Source: Candidatus Thorarchaeota archaeon
GTDB lineage: Archaea; Asgardarchaeota; Thorarchaeia; Thorarchaeales; Thorarchaeaceae
DNA: 64,000 nucleotides
Direction of reading: 5' to 3'
NCBI GenBank assembly: GCA_004524445.1
Contig: SDNP01000004.1
Span: 1-64,000, forward strand
Part shown: positions 47,009-56,485 of the stretch, in pieces
Numbering within the stretch: position 1 is the stretch's first letter
How the letters are laid out: every line of letters begins with the position of its first letter
Position numbers and translations under genes: made by a program
Notes under the pieces: model-generated
What the model saw: only the letters and a program-made list of their open reading frames with translations
Told to the model about the DNA's origin: nothing
The model's database searches: none

Positions 47009-47941
47009 TCACATTTTCCGAAGTTTTGAAGCCATCTCTCCATATCTATTCAGCAGAATATCGAGTTCATCTTCCCTATAGAATTTGCAGATTCCGCTGG
47101 TATAATCTCTCGCTACTTCGACGCAGAATCGTGCTGCACCCTCCAATCCGTTTACATAGTTAGCTCCTCCCCCACTACCAGGAACCGGTAGAGTGGCTGT
47201 GGTTGCCACCCCTACAAGAGGAGCCGAGGACATGACCCAAGGCTGCATTATGGAGTTGATATGATAAACATCGTTTCCATAAGGGGTAATATCTTGCATA
47301 GTTATTGGGGCGACAGCAGCCGCTTTGCCTGTCACTCGCTCGTAAATGTTGATTATATCATCACTTACCTTCAGAATCCAGCCATCTTTTACAGTAGGAG
47401 TTATTGCAAATCCTTCAGTTTTGATGACGCGATTTCCTTTTGTCGCGTCAACTGATAGAATAGCATCCATTCTGTCATCAACGAGCTCGCTCAATACATC
47501 CATGATGGGGACGGGGGAGATCATAAATGGAACTGGATCATGGGGTAATGTCGGGGCATCTGGTGCAACATGAGTTGTGACTATGACATCGCCCTCGAGT
47601 ACATCACCTCTTTTGGCGGATGTTGCCAGCTTCATAGCATCAGCCAAGGCAACAATCGCTCCATCTGCATCAGAAACCAAACCAAGCACCTCGGGTCGAG
47701 CTCCAATACCACCTAATTGCCCCACAATGCCAAGTGTTGGAGCATCCCCACCACTTTCCCCACCATTTTTTCCGGGGATGAGAACTTTCACTACATCTGT
47801 TTTTCCCTTATCACCCTCAAGGCGGGTTATGTCTATGTTCTCAACTCCAAATGGAACTAAGAATTCCTTAACTGCTTCGCCATCTATTTCCGGGTGGTCA
47901 ATTAGATCCATGATTTCGATAATTTGTTTCATACATGACAT
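47009..47941 (-). CDS. DUF1177 family protein
   Basis: GQLGGIGARPE..GLVSDADGA, PHDPVPFM, DATKGNR, QDITPYGNDVYHINSIMQP motifs. Confidence 0.85.
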   Translation of the reverse strand: MSCMKQIIEIMDLIDHPEIDGEAVKEFLVPFGVENIDITRLEGDKGKTDVVKVLIPGKNGGESGGDAPTLGIVGQLGGIGARPEVLGLVSDADGAIVALADAMKLATSAKRGDVLEGDVIVTTHVAPDAPTLPHDPVPFMISPVPIMDVLSELVDDRMDAILSVDATKGNRVIKTEGFAITPTVKDGWILKVSDDIINIYERVTGKAAAVAPITMQDITPYGNDVYHINSIMQPWVMSSAPLVGVATTATLPVPGSGGGANYVNGLEGAARFCVEVARDYTSGICKFYREDELDILLNRYGEMASKLRKM

Positions 47942-47947
47942 GACATT

Positions 47948-48628
47948 TCATTCTCCGTTCTGAATTTGATTTCCTCGCGCTGCATAGTAGGTAACTAGTC
48001 CCGATGAAATAACGGGGTCCACAACCGGTATATGCAATTCATTCCGGATTCTGGGTGCTAATCGTGCAGTTGAGAGACCCGTACAAGCTAAGAGAATTAC
48101 CCTAGCATGATTATCATCAACTAATTTTCGTGCCAAATCGATATACTTGTTTAGTGATTTATTGATATCAAGTGTCGTTTCAACATCTTCGGGCTTCAGG
48201 TAACTCCAAGTGGTTCGGCCCAATGCATCAGCGACCACTCCTGGTACCTTCTCATCTATTCCGAGAATACCGATAGGAAATCCCAGCGACCTAGCTACAT
48301 AGGCAGAGGTCCTTCCGGCTCCAACAACCGGAATCTCAAGCTTTTCTTGGAGCTCAGATACTCCAGGGTCTGCTGCACAGCTCACAAATAGAGCATTCAA
48401 ATCTTCATTTTTGACCATTCGATTAGCAGTTTCAATGACGTAAGGGATTGCGCGAGCTTCTTCTTCTTCATTCGGAATCCCACTTGGAAAACCATCAATT
48501 CTATCAGTGACCATCTGCAATTTAGGGTCTCGAACATATTCGGAGATTATCCGAGCATGTGTTCTGAGGAAATCCCAGTCATCTGTCGTGACGACGCGAA
48601 TAACTCCAATCTTTAATTTCGATGCCAT
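47948..48628 (-). CDS. Asp/Glu/hydantoin racemase family protein
   Basis: SCAADPG and LACTG catalytic cysteines; PVVDP. Confidence 0.85.
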   Translation of the reverse strand: MASKLKIGVIRVVTTDDWDFLRTHARIISEYVRDPKLQMVTDRIDGFPSGIPNEEEEARAIPYVIETANRMVKNEDLNALFVSCAADPGVSELQEKLEIPVVGAGRTSAYVARSLGFPIGILGIDEKVPGVVADALGRTTWSYLKPEDVETTLDINKSLNKYIDLARKLVDDNHARVILLACTGLSTARLAPRIRNELHIPVVDPVISSGLVTYYAARGNQIQNGE

Positions 48629-48678
48629 TTTCCTGTATCATCCTTTGAAGCTTGCAAGGCTGATAGCCCAGCAAGTCC

Positions 48679-49605
48679 TCATGCGCCAAGCCCTAGGAAG
48701 GATAGCAGCTGATTGAATAGAGCAATCAACCAGCCTATGATCCAACTCATGAAATCGATGATCCACTGAATGAGATTTGGTCGAAGGATGTTGTAAAGGA
48801 ACTGGTAGTTGAACCATCCATAGACCACGCTGAGTACAACGATTCCAAGAGTCATTAAGATTGCCAGAGCCAATACACCATAGTCCAAGGCTTTGAAGGA
48901 AATCTCCTGCCTAAACGTTCGGTTGGCAGGGTCATAGGTGAATGCTCTAGACTCAATAGTTCTGGAAATATCAATCCCTCTGAGTACAGTTAGATATATG
49001 CTAGGCACAATAACTGGAACATACGCTCTCATTTTTGTAATTGGGTTCCTTATATCGAATTTCGCACCTCTTGATTTTTGTGCTTCGATAACCGTACGGA
49101 ATTGATTGATCATCAGTGGGACAGATGCAAATGCAATTCCAAGGGAAACAGCAGCCTCAACCGGAAACCGTAGCCGCACCAATGCAATCAATAAATCTGA
49201 AACAGGCGTGACTAAGGTAATCAGTCGTGTAACAATAATGAAGAAGATGAATCTCTCTCCACTTGAAATACCAATCAATGTGGTTCGTAATGTTACAGGG
49301 CCAAACTCCGTGAAGGGAATCAGGTAGAAATATATGTAATCACCTGGCAGGGGAGGAACTGTTAGGTAATTGACCACAATAAATAGAATCATTGCGGGTA
49401 ACGATGCCTTCAGAACGAGCATCAGCTTTTCGCGAGGAATGCCAGCAACACGATACATTCCCAACGTCATCAGGAGAATGATAAAGAAGACTATCGGGTC
49501 GAAGACAACCACTGTTAGTATTACTAGACCCAAGAAGATGAATATCTTTGTCCGAGGATCCATTCTATGAAGAATGCTATCACCAGGCACGTATTCCATT
49601 GCCAT
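48679..49605 (-). CDS. ecfT: ECF transporter transmembrane T component
   Basis: SILHRMDPRTK, AQKSRG, IESRAF motifs. Confidence 0.88.
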   Translation of the reverse strand: MAMEYVPGDSILHRMDPRTKIFIFLGLVILTVVVFDPIVFFIILLMTLGMYRVAGIPREKLMLVLKASLPAMILFIVVNYLTVPPLPGDYIYFYLIPFTEFGPVTLRTTLIGISSGERFIFFIIVTRLITLVTPVSDLLIALVRLRFPVEAAVSLGIAFASVPLMINQFRTVIEAQKSRGAKFDIRNPITKMRAYVPVIVPSIYLTVLRGIDISRTIESRAFTYDPANRTFRQEISFKALDYGVLALAILMTLGIVVLSVVYGWFNYQFLYNILRPNLIQWIIDFMSWIIGWLIALFNQLLSFLGLGA

Positions 49606-51387
49606 CTACTGCTGACCTCCTTCTTTCAAGAGTTCTTCCATAAGACTCACCGCTTTCTCGATTGTAAGAATATCCGGCGGAACTTCAAACTTTTGGCTTA
49701 ATCGTATGAATAGCTGTGTCATTGCAGGGGGGGTAAGATGAGTGGTCGCTAATTGATCCGTTTGAATGAATACTTCTTCGGGAGTGCCATCTAGCAATAT
49801 TTTGCCATCATGCATTATTACACATCGCTCTGCATATTCTGCAGCTAATGACATATCGTGGGTTATCACAATTATTGTTTTGCCTTCTTTGTGTAATTCC
49901 CTCATGAGGTCCATAATCTCTCTGCGACGGCGAGGATCCTGTCCAGTTGTGGGCTCGTCAACGATTATTACGTCTGGATCTAGCGCTAGAATGGATGTGA
50001 TTACAACTCTCTGTCGGTCACCTTTGCTCAATGAATAGGGGCGCTCTTCCAACAAGTCTTCTATGTCCATTCTACGAGCAACTTCTTGCACTCGTTTCTT
50101 TCGCTCATCCTTCTTCATTCCGATATTTTTCAACCCAAACTCAAGCTCATCGGAAACCTTACTTGAAAAGAGCTGCTGGTCAGGGTTTTGGAAAACATAA
50201 CCAACATCAGTGACCAACTTGTAAGTCGGAATCTCCTGAGAGTCGGTTCCACGTATATATACCACCCCTTCTCCGGGTTCAAGAAGTCCGTTGAAGTGCT
50301 TGACAAGAGTTGTTTTGCCAGATCCATTCTGCCCCAATATTGCGGTAAACTCGTTTTCATGTATCTCCAAGTTCACTCCCTTTAGGGCATGTGTTCCAGT
50401 TTCATACCAGAATTGCACATCTTCGACACGAATCAATGCTTCTCCCTGTCTGGGGACAGATTCTCTATCTTTTACCTCATCCACCGGAGCTCCACCTGAC
50501 CGCTCTGGCACACCTGCCTTGGATAAGACATTGGAGAAGTATTCAACTCCTTCCTCCAAAGTCATGGGAATTTGTCCAAATTCATCGCCAATTAGCCCTT
50601 TGTCTCTTAACTGATATGCAAGTAACGACATCTGAGGTGGCCAAAGGCCGATGTCTCGAAGCATCTCAGCCTTTCCACCGAGGATTTCTCTTGGTGGACC
50701 CATGGCTACAATTTCACCTTCATTGAGAACCATAACACGATCTGCTATGTCGATTAAGGCTTCGAGCTCGTGCTCCACAAGGACGAATGTCTTGTTTTCC
50801 TCATCTGCAATCTTATGAATGAGGTCAAATACCTGTTCGGTTCCATAAGGATCCAAGTTCGAAGTTGGTTCGTCCAAAACATATATGTCAGGACTCATAG
50901 ATAAGATAGAGGCGAGAGCTAATGCTTGCTGCTGACCCCCTGACAGAGCGAAAGGGGGGCGATCCCTGGCATGATTTAGCCCGACGAAGTCGAGGGCATA
51001 ATCGATACGTTCTTCGATTTCTTCTCTAGGCAGAGCGATATTTTCGGGACCAAAGGCAACCTCTTCCGCAACTGAACCAGAAATCAACTGACTGGCGGGG
51101 TCTTGAAAGAGAAGCCCAACATGTCTCGATAACCTGCCCACATATGACTTCTGCGTGTCAATACCAGCGACGGTGATTTCACCCTCCAACTTCCCAGAAT
51201 AGAAATGGGGTATAAGGCCGTTCAGCAGGTTACAGAAAGTAGTCTTTCCCGCCCCATTAGGGCCTGTGAGTAGTAGAATCTCACCCTTATCTAGATCTAT
51301 AGAGATGTTCTTCAACACCTGTTCCGATGTCCCAGCATATCTCCAATTAACCTTCTTAACGGATACCTGTGGCTCTCCTTGACTCAT
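49606..51387 (-). CDS. ECF transporter ATPase with two fused ABC domains
   Basis: GPNGAGKTT and GQNGSGKTT Walker A motifs, FQDP/FQNPD, LSGGQ, DEPT twice. Confidence 0.92.
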   Translation of the reverse strand: MSQGEPQVSVKKVNWRYAGTSEQVLKNISIDLDKGEILLLTGPNGAGKTTFCNLLNGLIPHFYSGKLEGEITVAGIDTQKSYVGRLSRHVGLLFQDPASQLISGSVAEEVAFGPENIALPREEIEERIDYALDFVGLNHARDRPPFALSGGQQQALALASILSMSPDIYVLDEPTSNLDPYGTEQVFDLIHKIADEENKTFVLVEHELEALIDIADRVMVLNEGEIVAMGPPREILGGKAEMLRDIGLWPPQMSLLAYQLRDKGLIGDEFGQIPMTLEEGVEYFSNVLSKAGVPERSGGAPVDEVKDRESVPRQGEALIRVEDVQFWYETGTHALKGVNLEIHENEFTAILGQNGSGKTTLVKHFNGLLEPGEGVVYIRGTDSQEIPTYKLVTDVGYVFQNPDQQLFSSKVSDELEFGLKNIGMKKDERKKRVQEVARRMDIEDLLEERPYSLSKGDRQRVVITSILALDPDVIIVDEPTTGQDPRRRREIMDLMRELHKEGKTIIVITHDMSLAAEYAERCVIMHDGKILLDGTPEEVFIQTDQLATTHLTPPAMTQLFIRLSQKFEVPPDILTIEKAVSLMEELLKEGGQQ

Positions 51388-51482
51388 GAATTAAGCAACT
51401 CGTGTACAATTATTATAGAAACAATAGTAGCACCCCTATTTGAATCAGATGATTAGGCAATAGGATAGCAAAAAGAAAAGGG

Positions 51483-51501
51483 GAAAGGCCGGGGGCCTTT
51501 C
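51483..51501 (-). terminator. Hairpin + U tract terminator
   Basis: GAAAGGCC-ggg-GGCCTTTC followed on the minus strand by CCTTTTCTTTTT. Confidence 0.55.
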
Positions 51502-51505
51502 TAGA

Positions 51506-51760
51506 CTAGAACCATTCCTGCTTTCTACCATACCATAGGCAGACAATCAGGATGATTATCACAACAACGGATAGAATGCCCTGTACTACCAGACTTGCAA
51601 TGGTACCTGAACCAAAGATGGCTTCTACGATGGGGAGAAGAATCCGCGTACCTAGTGCTTCAAACCCACCGCTAACGAAGAAGGTCACCAAAACGAAGAG
51701 AGCAAAAAGCACGACCAGACATACTAACCAGTACATCGTTTTCTTGTTATCCTCTACCAT
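51506..51760 (-). CDS. Small 2-3 TM membrane protein
   Basis: Hydrophobic 84 aa; overlaps the end of the S-component gene. Confidence 0.65.
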   Translation of the reverse strand: MVEDNKKTMYWLVCLVVLFALFVLVTFFVSGGFEALGTRILLPIVEAIFGSGTIASLVVQGILSVVVIIILIVCLWYGRKQEWF

Positions 51761-52308
51761 GGTGCCTCACCTTCCGACCATCCAAAGATATCAGGCAACG
51801 CTGCAACTACTGCGCTGAATATGACTATCTGGAAAATTCCATACAGTGTGTAGTACCATCCGAAGACAATCGGGTATGTTGGATAGAATGGATAGAATCC
51901 CAAGAGTGAGTTGGCAAATATGAACAGGGGAGCCTCAATAAAGAATTGAAGCAGCCAAGTCAGTATCCAAAACACAATCCAACGCTTCTTTTCGTCTTCT
52001 ATTTTTAGCACTACGTATTTCCATACAAATGCCCAGTAGATGCCTTTTACGGGTTGCAAGAGTAGGTCTACTTGCGGGAGACCCGAGGGAATTCCTCTAG
52101 CGATACCAACAATAATTCCGACTATTGGTCCTCCTGCCATTCCTGCAAGAATTGGCATTAGAGCACCTGGTCCAATGACCAAAGGCGGAACCATAGGAAT
52201 CGCAATTCCCAAGGCTCTGAACGCAAACGCCGCAGCACCGAATGCTGCCGCTAAACCCATCTGGCGACTTGTGATGAAGGGCTTTCGTCCTCCTTCTGTT
52301 TCACCCAA
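51754..52308 (-). CDS. ECF transporter S component
   Basis: ITSRQMGLAAAFGA, LAGMAGGPIVG; upstream of the ECF A/T genes. Confidence 0.7.
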   Translation of the reverse strand: MGETEGGRKPFITSRQMGLAAAFGAAAFAFRALGIAIPMVPPLVIGPGALMPILAGMAGGPIVGIIVGIARGIPSGLPQVDLLLQPVKGIYWAFVWKYVVLKIEDEKKRWIVFWILTWLLQFFIEAPLFIFANSLLGFYPFYPTYPIVFGWYYTLYGIFQIVIFSAVVAALPDIFGWSEGEAPW

Positions 52309-52445
52309 TACGTTCACCTCTCGATAGAATACAGTGTGCGTCCCCCGTTTTATTTATTGCGGAAACCCAATTAGAACTCGATTTGGTTAGATTTACACGT
52401 GATTCATACTAGATTCTATTTCCAAATTGAAAAAGAAAAGAAAGG

Positions 52446-52465
52446 AGAGTACCCTGTGGTACTCT
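52446..52465 (-). terminator. Hairpin + U tract terminator
   Basis: AGAGTACC-ctgt-GGTACTCT then CCTTTCTTTTCTTTTT on the minus strand. Confidence 0.6.
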
Positions 52466-52473
52466 GAGCTGGT

Positions 52474-53286
52474 TTACTTACCCGTGAACTTGCCTCGTCT
52501 CTTCTCGAAGACTGCAGAGATGCCTTCAGCCAAGTCTTCTGTTTCAAAGCATGCCACTGCGGCTTCAACTTCGAATTCAAGATTATCGTCATAATCTTCT
52601 TCAAAAGCCATATGTGTTGCTTTCTTAGCCCAGTTCAATGCAATTGGCGCATTGCCGCCGAGCTTGGCACCGTACCACATTGCTTGACTCAGAAGCTCTT
52701 CTTTGGGCACAACTTTGCTGACAAGACCCATTTCCAGTGCCTCTTCTCCGGATACCTGGCCACCGGTAAGGATCAGCTCCATTGCTTTACCGAGACCGAT
52801 AATGCGGGGTAATCTGACACAGCCACCCCACGCGGGAATCAAACCGAGACTAACCTCGGGAGTGCCAATTTTTGCTTCTTCATCACAAACACGGATATCA
52901 CATGCGAGTGCGATCTCGGTACCTCCCCCAAGACAGAGGCCATGAATCGCCGCAATGACAGGTTTGCTGAGTTTCGCAATTGTGTCAATAGCTTTTTGTC
53001 CTTGTCCAACCAGGTCCTTGACTTCTTCACTTTTGCCAAGAAGTCCTTGAGCCATCTTTAGGTCAGCACCAGTACAAAAGACTTTATCATGTGCTGATGC
53101 TAAGACGACGGAGCGAACATCATCATCCTTCTCTGCTTCTTCAAGAGCAGCGACCAAATCCTGTATAAACTGGTCATTAATGCTGTTCAGCGAGTCAACA
53201 CGGTTGAACTTGATTAAGGCAACGTTCTTCACAGGTGAGAGAAACGAACCTTCCTTTGAGTATAGCATTGTTTCGAATTCGGGCAT
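52474..53286 (-). CDS. Enoyl-CoA hydratase/isomerase
   Basis: FCTGADL, GGGTEIA, GTPEVSLG motifs. Confidence 0.9.
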   Translation of the reverse strand: MPEFETMLYSKEGSFLSPVKNVALIKFNRVDSLNSINDQFIQDLVAALEEAEKDDDVRSVVLASAHDKVFCTGADLKMAQGLLGKSEEVKDLVGQGQKAIDTIAKLSKPVIAAIHGLCLGGGTEIALACDIRVCDEEAKIGTPEVSLGLIPAWGGCVRLPRIIGLGKAMELILTGGQVSGEEALEMGLVSKVVPKEELLSQAMWYGAKLGGNAPIALNWAKKATHMAFEEDYDDNLEFEVEAAVACFETEDLAEGISAVFEKRRGKFTGK

Positions 53287-53382
53287 TTTTACCACCTTAG
53301 CGCTACTATACTGCTCTGATGAATGTACCGCCTTATAAACCTCCTTCATTGAGGAGTCAACACAGTTTAAAAAAGAAAGGAA

Positions 53383-53404
53383 TGGCAAGGACATTGCCTT
53401 GCCA
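53383..53404 (-). terminator. Hairpin + U tract terminator
   Basis: TGGCAAGG-acattg-CCTTGCCA then TTCCTTTCTTTTTT on the minus strand. Confidence 0.6.
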
Positions 53405-53412
53405 GAAGTAGA

Positions 53413-54543
53413 CTACTTCAGCATCTCTGGCACTGAATAACACTCGCCGTGTTTCTCCTCCAGTTTCTCTATCTCTTCTTTGACCTTGTCATGGCCAATA
53501 TCTTCGGCCATCTCGAATGGTCCTTTGGGAAAACTCGCACCCAGTTTCATGGCTTTGTCAATGGCATCCTTCTTAGCAATTTCCTCGTCAACGAGTATCA
53601 TGGCTTCGCGGATTACAGGGACCTGAATACGAGTGACAAGCCAATCAGGGTCTGCACCTTTGGGTTCTTCAGGTTCCTCCGGCTCACCACCATATTTGTA
53701 AAAGCCTTCTTTTGCTTTGGTACCAATCTTTCCATCTTCAACAAGCTGCTTCAGAGTTTCAGGTGGCTTGAAACAGTCGCCGAGTTCTTGATAGAGAGTA
53801 CTCATAGCGTGATATGCGATATCAAGACCAACAAAATCTCCTAATGCAAAAGGTCCTGCCGGAAATTTCGCCTTGCTTGTCATAGCTGAGTCGATTTCCT
53901 CTTTCGTGGCGATACCATCCTCATAAAGGAGGATTGCCTCTCTGAGAACGGGCATGAGAATTCTATTTACGATAAAACCAGGGCTGTCTCTGGCTTTGAC
54001 TGGTTCCTTTCCCTGTTTCTCGCCCACCTTGATGGCAGTTTCAATAGTTTCATCGCTGGTCTTTTCGCCAATGACAATCTCAATGAGCTTCATTGCCGCC
54101 ACCGGACTGAAATAGTGCATACCAATGAACTTCTCAGGCCGATCCGTAGCAGTTGCCAGCTCATCAATACTTAGAGAAGATGTGTTTGTTGCCAGGATTG
54201 CATGGGGTGGAGCATGCTTGTCAGCCTTCGAAAACACTTCTTTCTTCACTTTCATGTTCTCAAAGATCGCTTCTATTATCAAGTCGGCATCTCCCACCGC
54301 ATCTTCAAGATTTGTTGTTGACTTCAAACGGCCCATTAGGCTTTGTGCTTCAGATAGGCTTAGCTTACCCTTATCGACACCAGTCATTACATCTGAACGG
54401 ATGCGTTCCATACCATCCTCAAGCGCATCCTGGTTCACATCCACCATCGTGACATCAAAACCATGCCATGCTGAGATGTATGCAATACCTGAACCCATTA
54501 AGCCAGCCCCAACAACTGCGATCTTGTTAACGTCCATGGACAT
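53413..54543 (-). CDS. 3-hydroxyacyl-CoA dehydrogenase with duplicated C-terminal domain
   Basis: GAGLMGSGIA, EAIFE, ATNTSS, GMHYF, PGFIVNR; two FPxGPF repeats. Confidence 0.92.
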   Translation of the reverse strand: MSMDVNKIAVVGAGLMGSGIAYISAWHGFDVTMVDVNQDALEDGMERIRSDVMTGVDKGKLSLSEAQSLMGRLKSTTNLEDAVGDADLIIEAIFENMKVKKEVFSKADKHAPPHAILATNTSSLSIDELATATDRPEKFIGMHYFSPVAAMKLIEIVIGEKTSDETIETAIKVGEKQGKEPVKARDSPGFIVNRILMPVLREAILLYEDGIATKEEIDSAMTSKAKFPAGPFALGDFVGLDIAYHAMSTLYQELGDCFKPPETLKQLVEDGKIGTKAKEGFYKYGGEPEEPEEPKGADPDWLVTRIQVPVIREAMILVDEEIAKKDAIDKAMKLGASFPKGPFEMAEDIGHDKVKEEIEKLEEKHGECYSVPEMLK

Positions 54544-54548
54544 TCCTC

Positions 54549-54908
54549 CTATAGAGCACTCGTCATGGCAACCAAGATGAGATTGGCAAGAGGATCGCTC
54601 TCATGAGCATTCCCAATGACCTTGAGAGATCCGTCTTTCATCGTCTGCTTGAACGGAACATCACCTGTAAATATGCCCAGTAGGGTTTCAGCATCGGACT
54701 CATAGATTACGTCTGGGCTTGGATATAGCCCATCTCGGAGAGTCATGCTATCCTTAGTAATAACCACGTATTGGTCGCCCTCCTCCGTTCGCACCTGAAG
54801 GATTTTACCGTCGTATGGTCCAACCCATTCAGCAAGTCGCTTCTGTAGGTCCTCTTTCTCCCTGATTTGAGCCATCAGGAACTTGAAAAATTCTTGTAGC
54901 TGTGACAT
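54549..54908 (-). CDS. SCP2 sterol/lipid-binding domain protein
   Basis: PDVIYESDAETLLGIFTG...DGSLKVIGN. Confidence 0.75.
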   Translation of the reverse strand: MSQLQEFFKFLMAQIREKEDLQKRLAEWVGPYDGKILQVRTEEGDQYVVITKDSMTLRDGLYPSPDVIYESDAETLLGIFTGDVPFKQTMKDGSLKVIGNAHESDPLANLILVAMTSAL

Positions 54909-54912
54909 CTCT

Positions 54913-55185
54913 CTATTCCTCCTTCTCCATCCATAAATCAATGGCTTCCTGCATCACTTCTTCAATGGTGACAGACCACATATTCCCCTTTCTCTTCTTG
55001 ATCTCGTCAAGAAAAGCCTTGTATTTGGGATAGTGCATTAGCACCACAATACGACCCTTTCGGTCATTTATGAATGCCTGATGGATCATTTTCTTGGTGG
55101 TCCAATACTCATGTTCGATGTCTCCTTCTTCCAGGGTTGGATAAAAGGGCCATTCACCTGTTGGATGATCACGATATTTTGCCAT
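54913..55185 (-). CDS. Small hypothetical protein (WPFxP motif, C-terminal RHH-like segment)
   Basis: Tightly packed in the operon; strand-helix-helix C-terminus. Confidence 0.6.
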   Translation of the reverse strand: MAKYRDHPTGEWPFYPTLEEGDIEHEYWTTKKMIHQAFINDRKGRIVVLMHYPKYKAFLDEIKKRKGNMWSVTIEEVMQEAIDLWMEKEE

Positions 55186-55443
55186 TTAGGATCTCCTCCA
55201 TTTCTTCACTTCATCACCTGTAGCTTCTTTAAAGCCAGGCCGGAAGGGCCATTGAACAACATAACGCATTCCCTTGACACCATCGACCTCTCCGGAGGAC
55301 CATCTACCAGTGTACACTCGAGCTCCTGTATTATTACAGAATTGCTCCATAACAACTTCGATGAATCCTTCGGGAGTAAGATTAGCCTCTTCGGACAGCT
55401 CTTTCATATTCTCCATGGTTTCTTTATCAAAACTAACTTCCAT
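55186..55443 (-). CDS. Small hypothetical protein (N-terminal RHH-like segment, WPFxP motif)
   Basis: MEVSFDKETMENMKELSEEANLTPEGFIEVVM; tightly packed in the operon. Confidence 0.6.
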   Translation of the reverse strand: MEVSFDKETMENMKELSEEANLTPEGFIEVVMEQFCNNTGARVYTGRWSSGEVDGVKGMRYVVQWPFRPGFKEATGDEVKKWRRS

Positions 55444-55448
55444 CCTTC

Positions 55449-56216
55449 TTATTCCTCCTTATCCTTGAATGCAAGACGGGTATAGGGCAGACCCCATCGC
55501 TCCTGATACATGAGGCCTTCCAACGGAGGCCTGCTTGGACCAAGTGCTCTTTCTGAAACTCTCTGACCTATGCAGAAGGCAGTAAGAGGTGTCCAAATTG
55601 GTGGGATTCCTAGTCTATCGCGAATTAGTTCTGCATGTCGCGGGTCTGAACAGACCAATGCCTCGTATCCGCATCCGTAGCCCAGCTCCGTGGCTGTCAG
55701 CCACATATTTTGAACAGCCATGCCACATACAACTGAGCCAAAAAGCTCATTCGGATATAGGTAGCCCGCGTCGTGCCAGCTCTCACTGGCGCATATAACG
55801 ATACAAGTATCACTCTTCTCTGGATAGCGGAATAGCTCTCCATCTCTGAGCCTTGCATATACTGCTGCACGATACGGATCGCTGATGAACCAATTGCGTC
55901 CACTGGTCAGTTCAAAGGGGGCTCCACCAAATGCGGTCTGAGCCATTTCCTGAGCAATGTCAGCAAGGAAAGTTTTCATTTCTTCATCATCGCGTATAAC
56001 GACGAATCGCATCATGAGCATATTTTCTGGACTCGGGGCGTGTCGAGCAGCTTCCAAAATCATTTCAATATGTTCATCTGGAATGGGTTCTCCGGTAAAT
56101 TCCCGGATTGAACGCCGTTGCCGTATGAGCTTCAGAGACTGCAGGTCTTGAACAGTACCTGCTGCTCCTTTGGCTTCTCCGGCTGATTCCGATTTAGCAT
56201 CTGTTGCCATAATCAT
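55449..56216 (-). CDS. Nitroreductase family flavoprotein
   Basis: IRQRRSIREF, AARHAPSPEN, AVQNMWLTATELGYG motifs. Confidence 0.9.
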   Translation of the reverse strand: MIMATDAKSESAGEAKGAAGTVQDLQSLKLIRQRRSIREFTGEPIPDEHIEMILEAARHAPSPENMLMMRFVVIRDDEEMKTFLADIAQEMAQTAFGGAPFELTSGRNWFISDPYRAAVYARLRDGELFRYPEKSDTCIVICASESWHDAGYLYPNELFGSVVCGMAVQNMWLTATELGYGCGYEALVCSDPRHAELIRDRLGIPPIWTPLTAFCIGQRVSERALGPSRPPLEGLMYQERWGLPYTRLAFKDKEE

Positions 56217-56459
56217 ACCTCATTCGTTTGAATAGTATACCTGTGGTGACGAGCTCTTACATTTATTCCTTCCGAGAAGAGATTTTCAGGACTAAAATAT
56301 CCCATTATATGTAGAAACACAGAAAGGATGTGTTGCGGGGGTTTTACGCTCATATTCACCCAGTATTAGCTGAAGCACACAATATGAAATATTCAGGTAT
56401 GTGTTTCAATAGTTGGAGCACACAAATCCTCCCGGTGACTAGTGCGTTCCTAGACTGAA

Positions 56460-56478
56460 GAGGAGCCTGATGCTCCTC
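56460..56478 (-). terminator. Hairpin downstream of DRTGG gene
   Basis: GAGGAGC-ctgat-GCTCCTC immediately after the stop codon. Confidence 0.4.
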
Positions 56479-56485
56479 CTCACAT

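Noticed and set aside
56217-56459. Possible riboswitch/ncRNA upstream of the nitroreductase
   Set aside because: Only short imperfect inverted repeats are present; no recognisable aptamer consensus.
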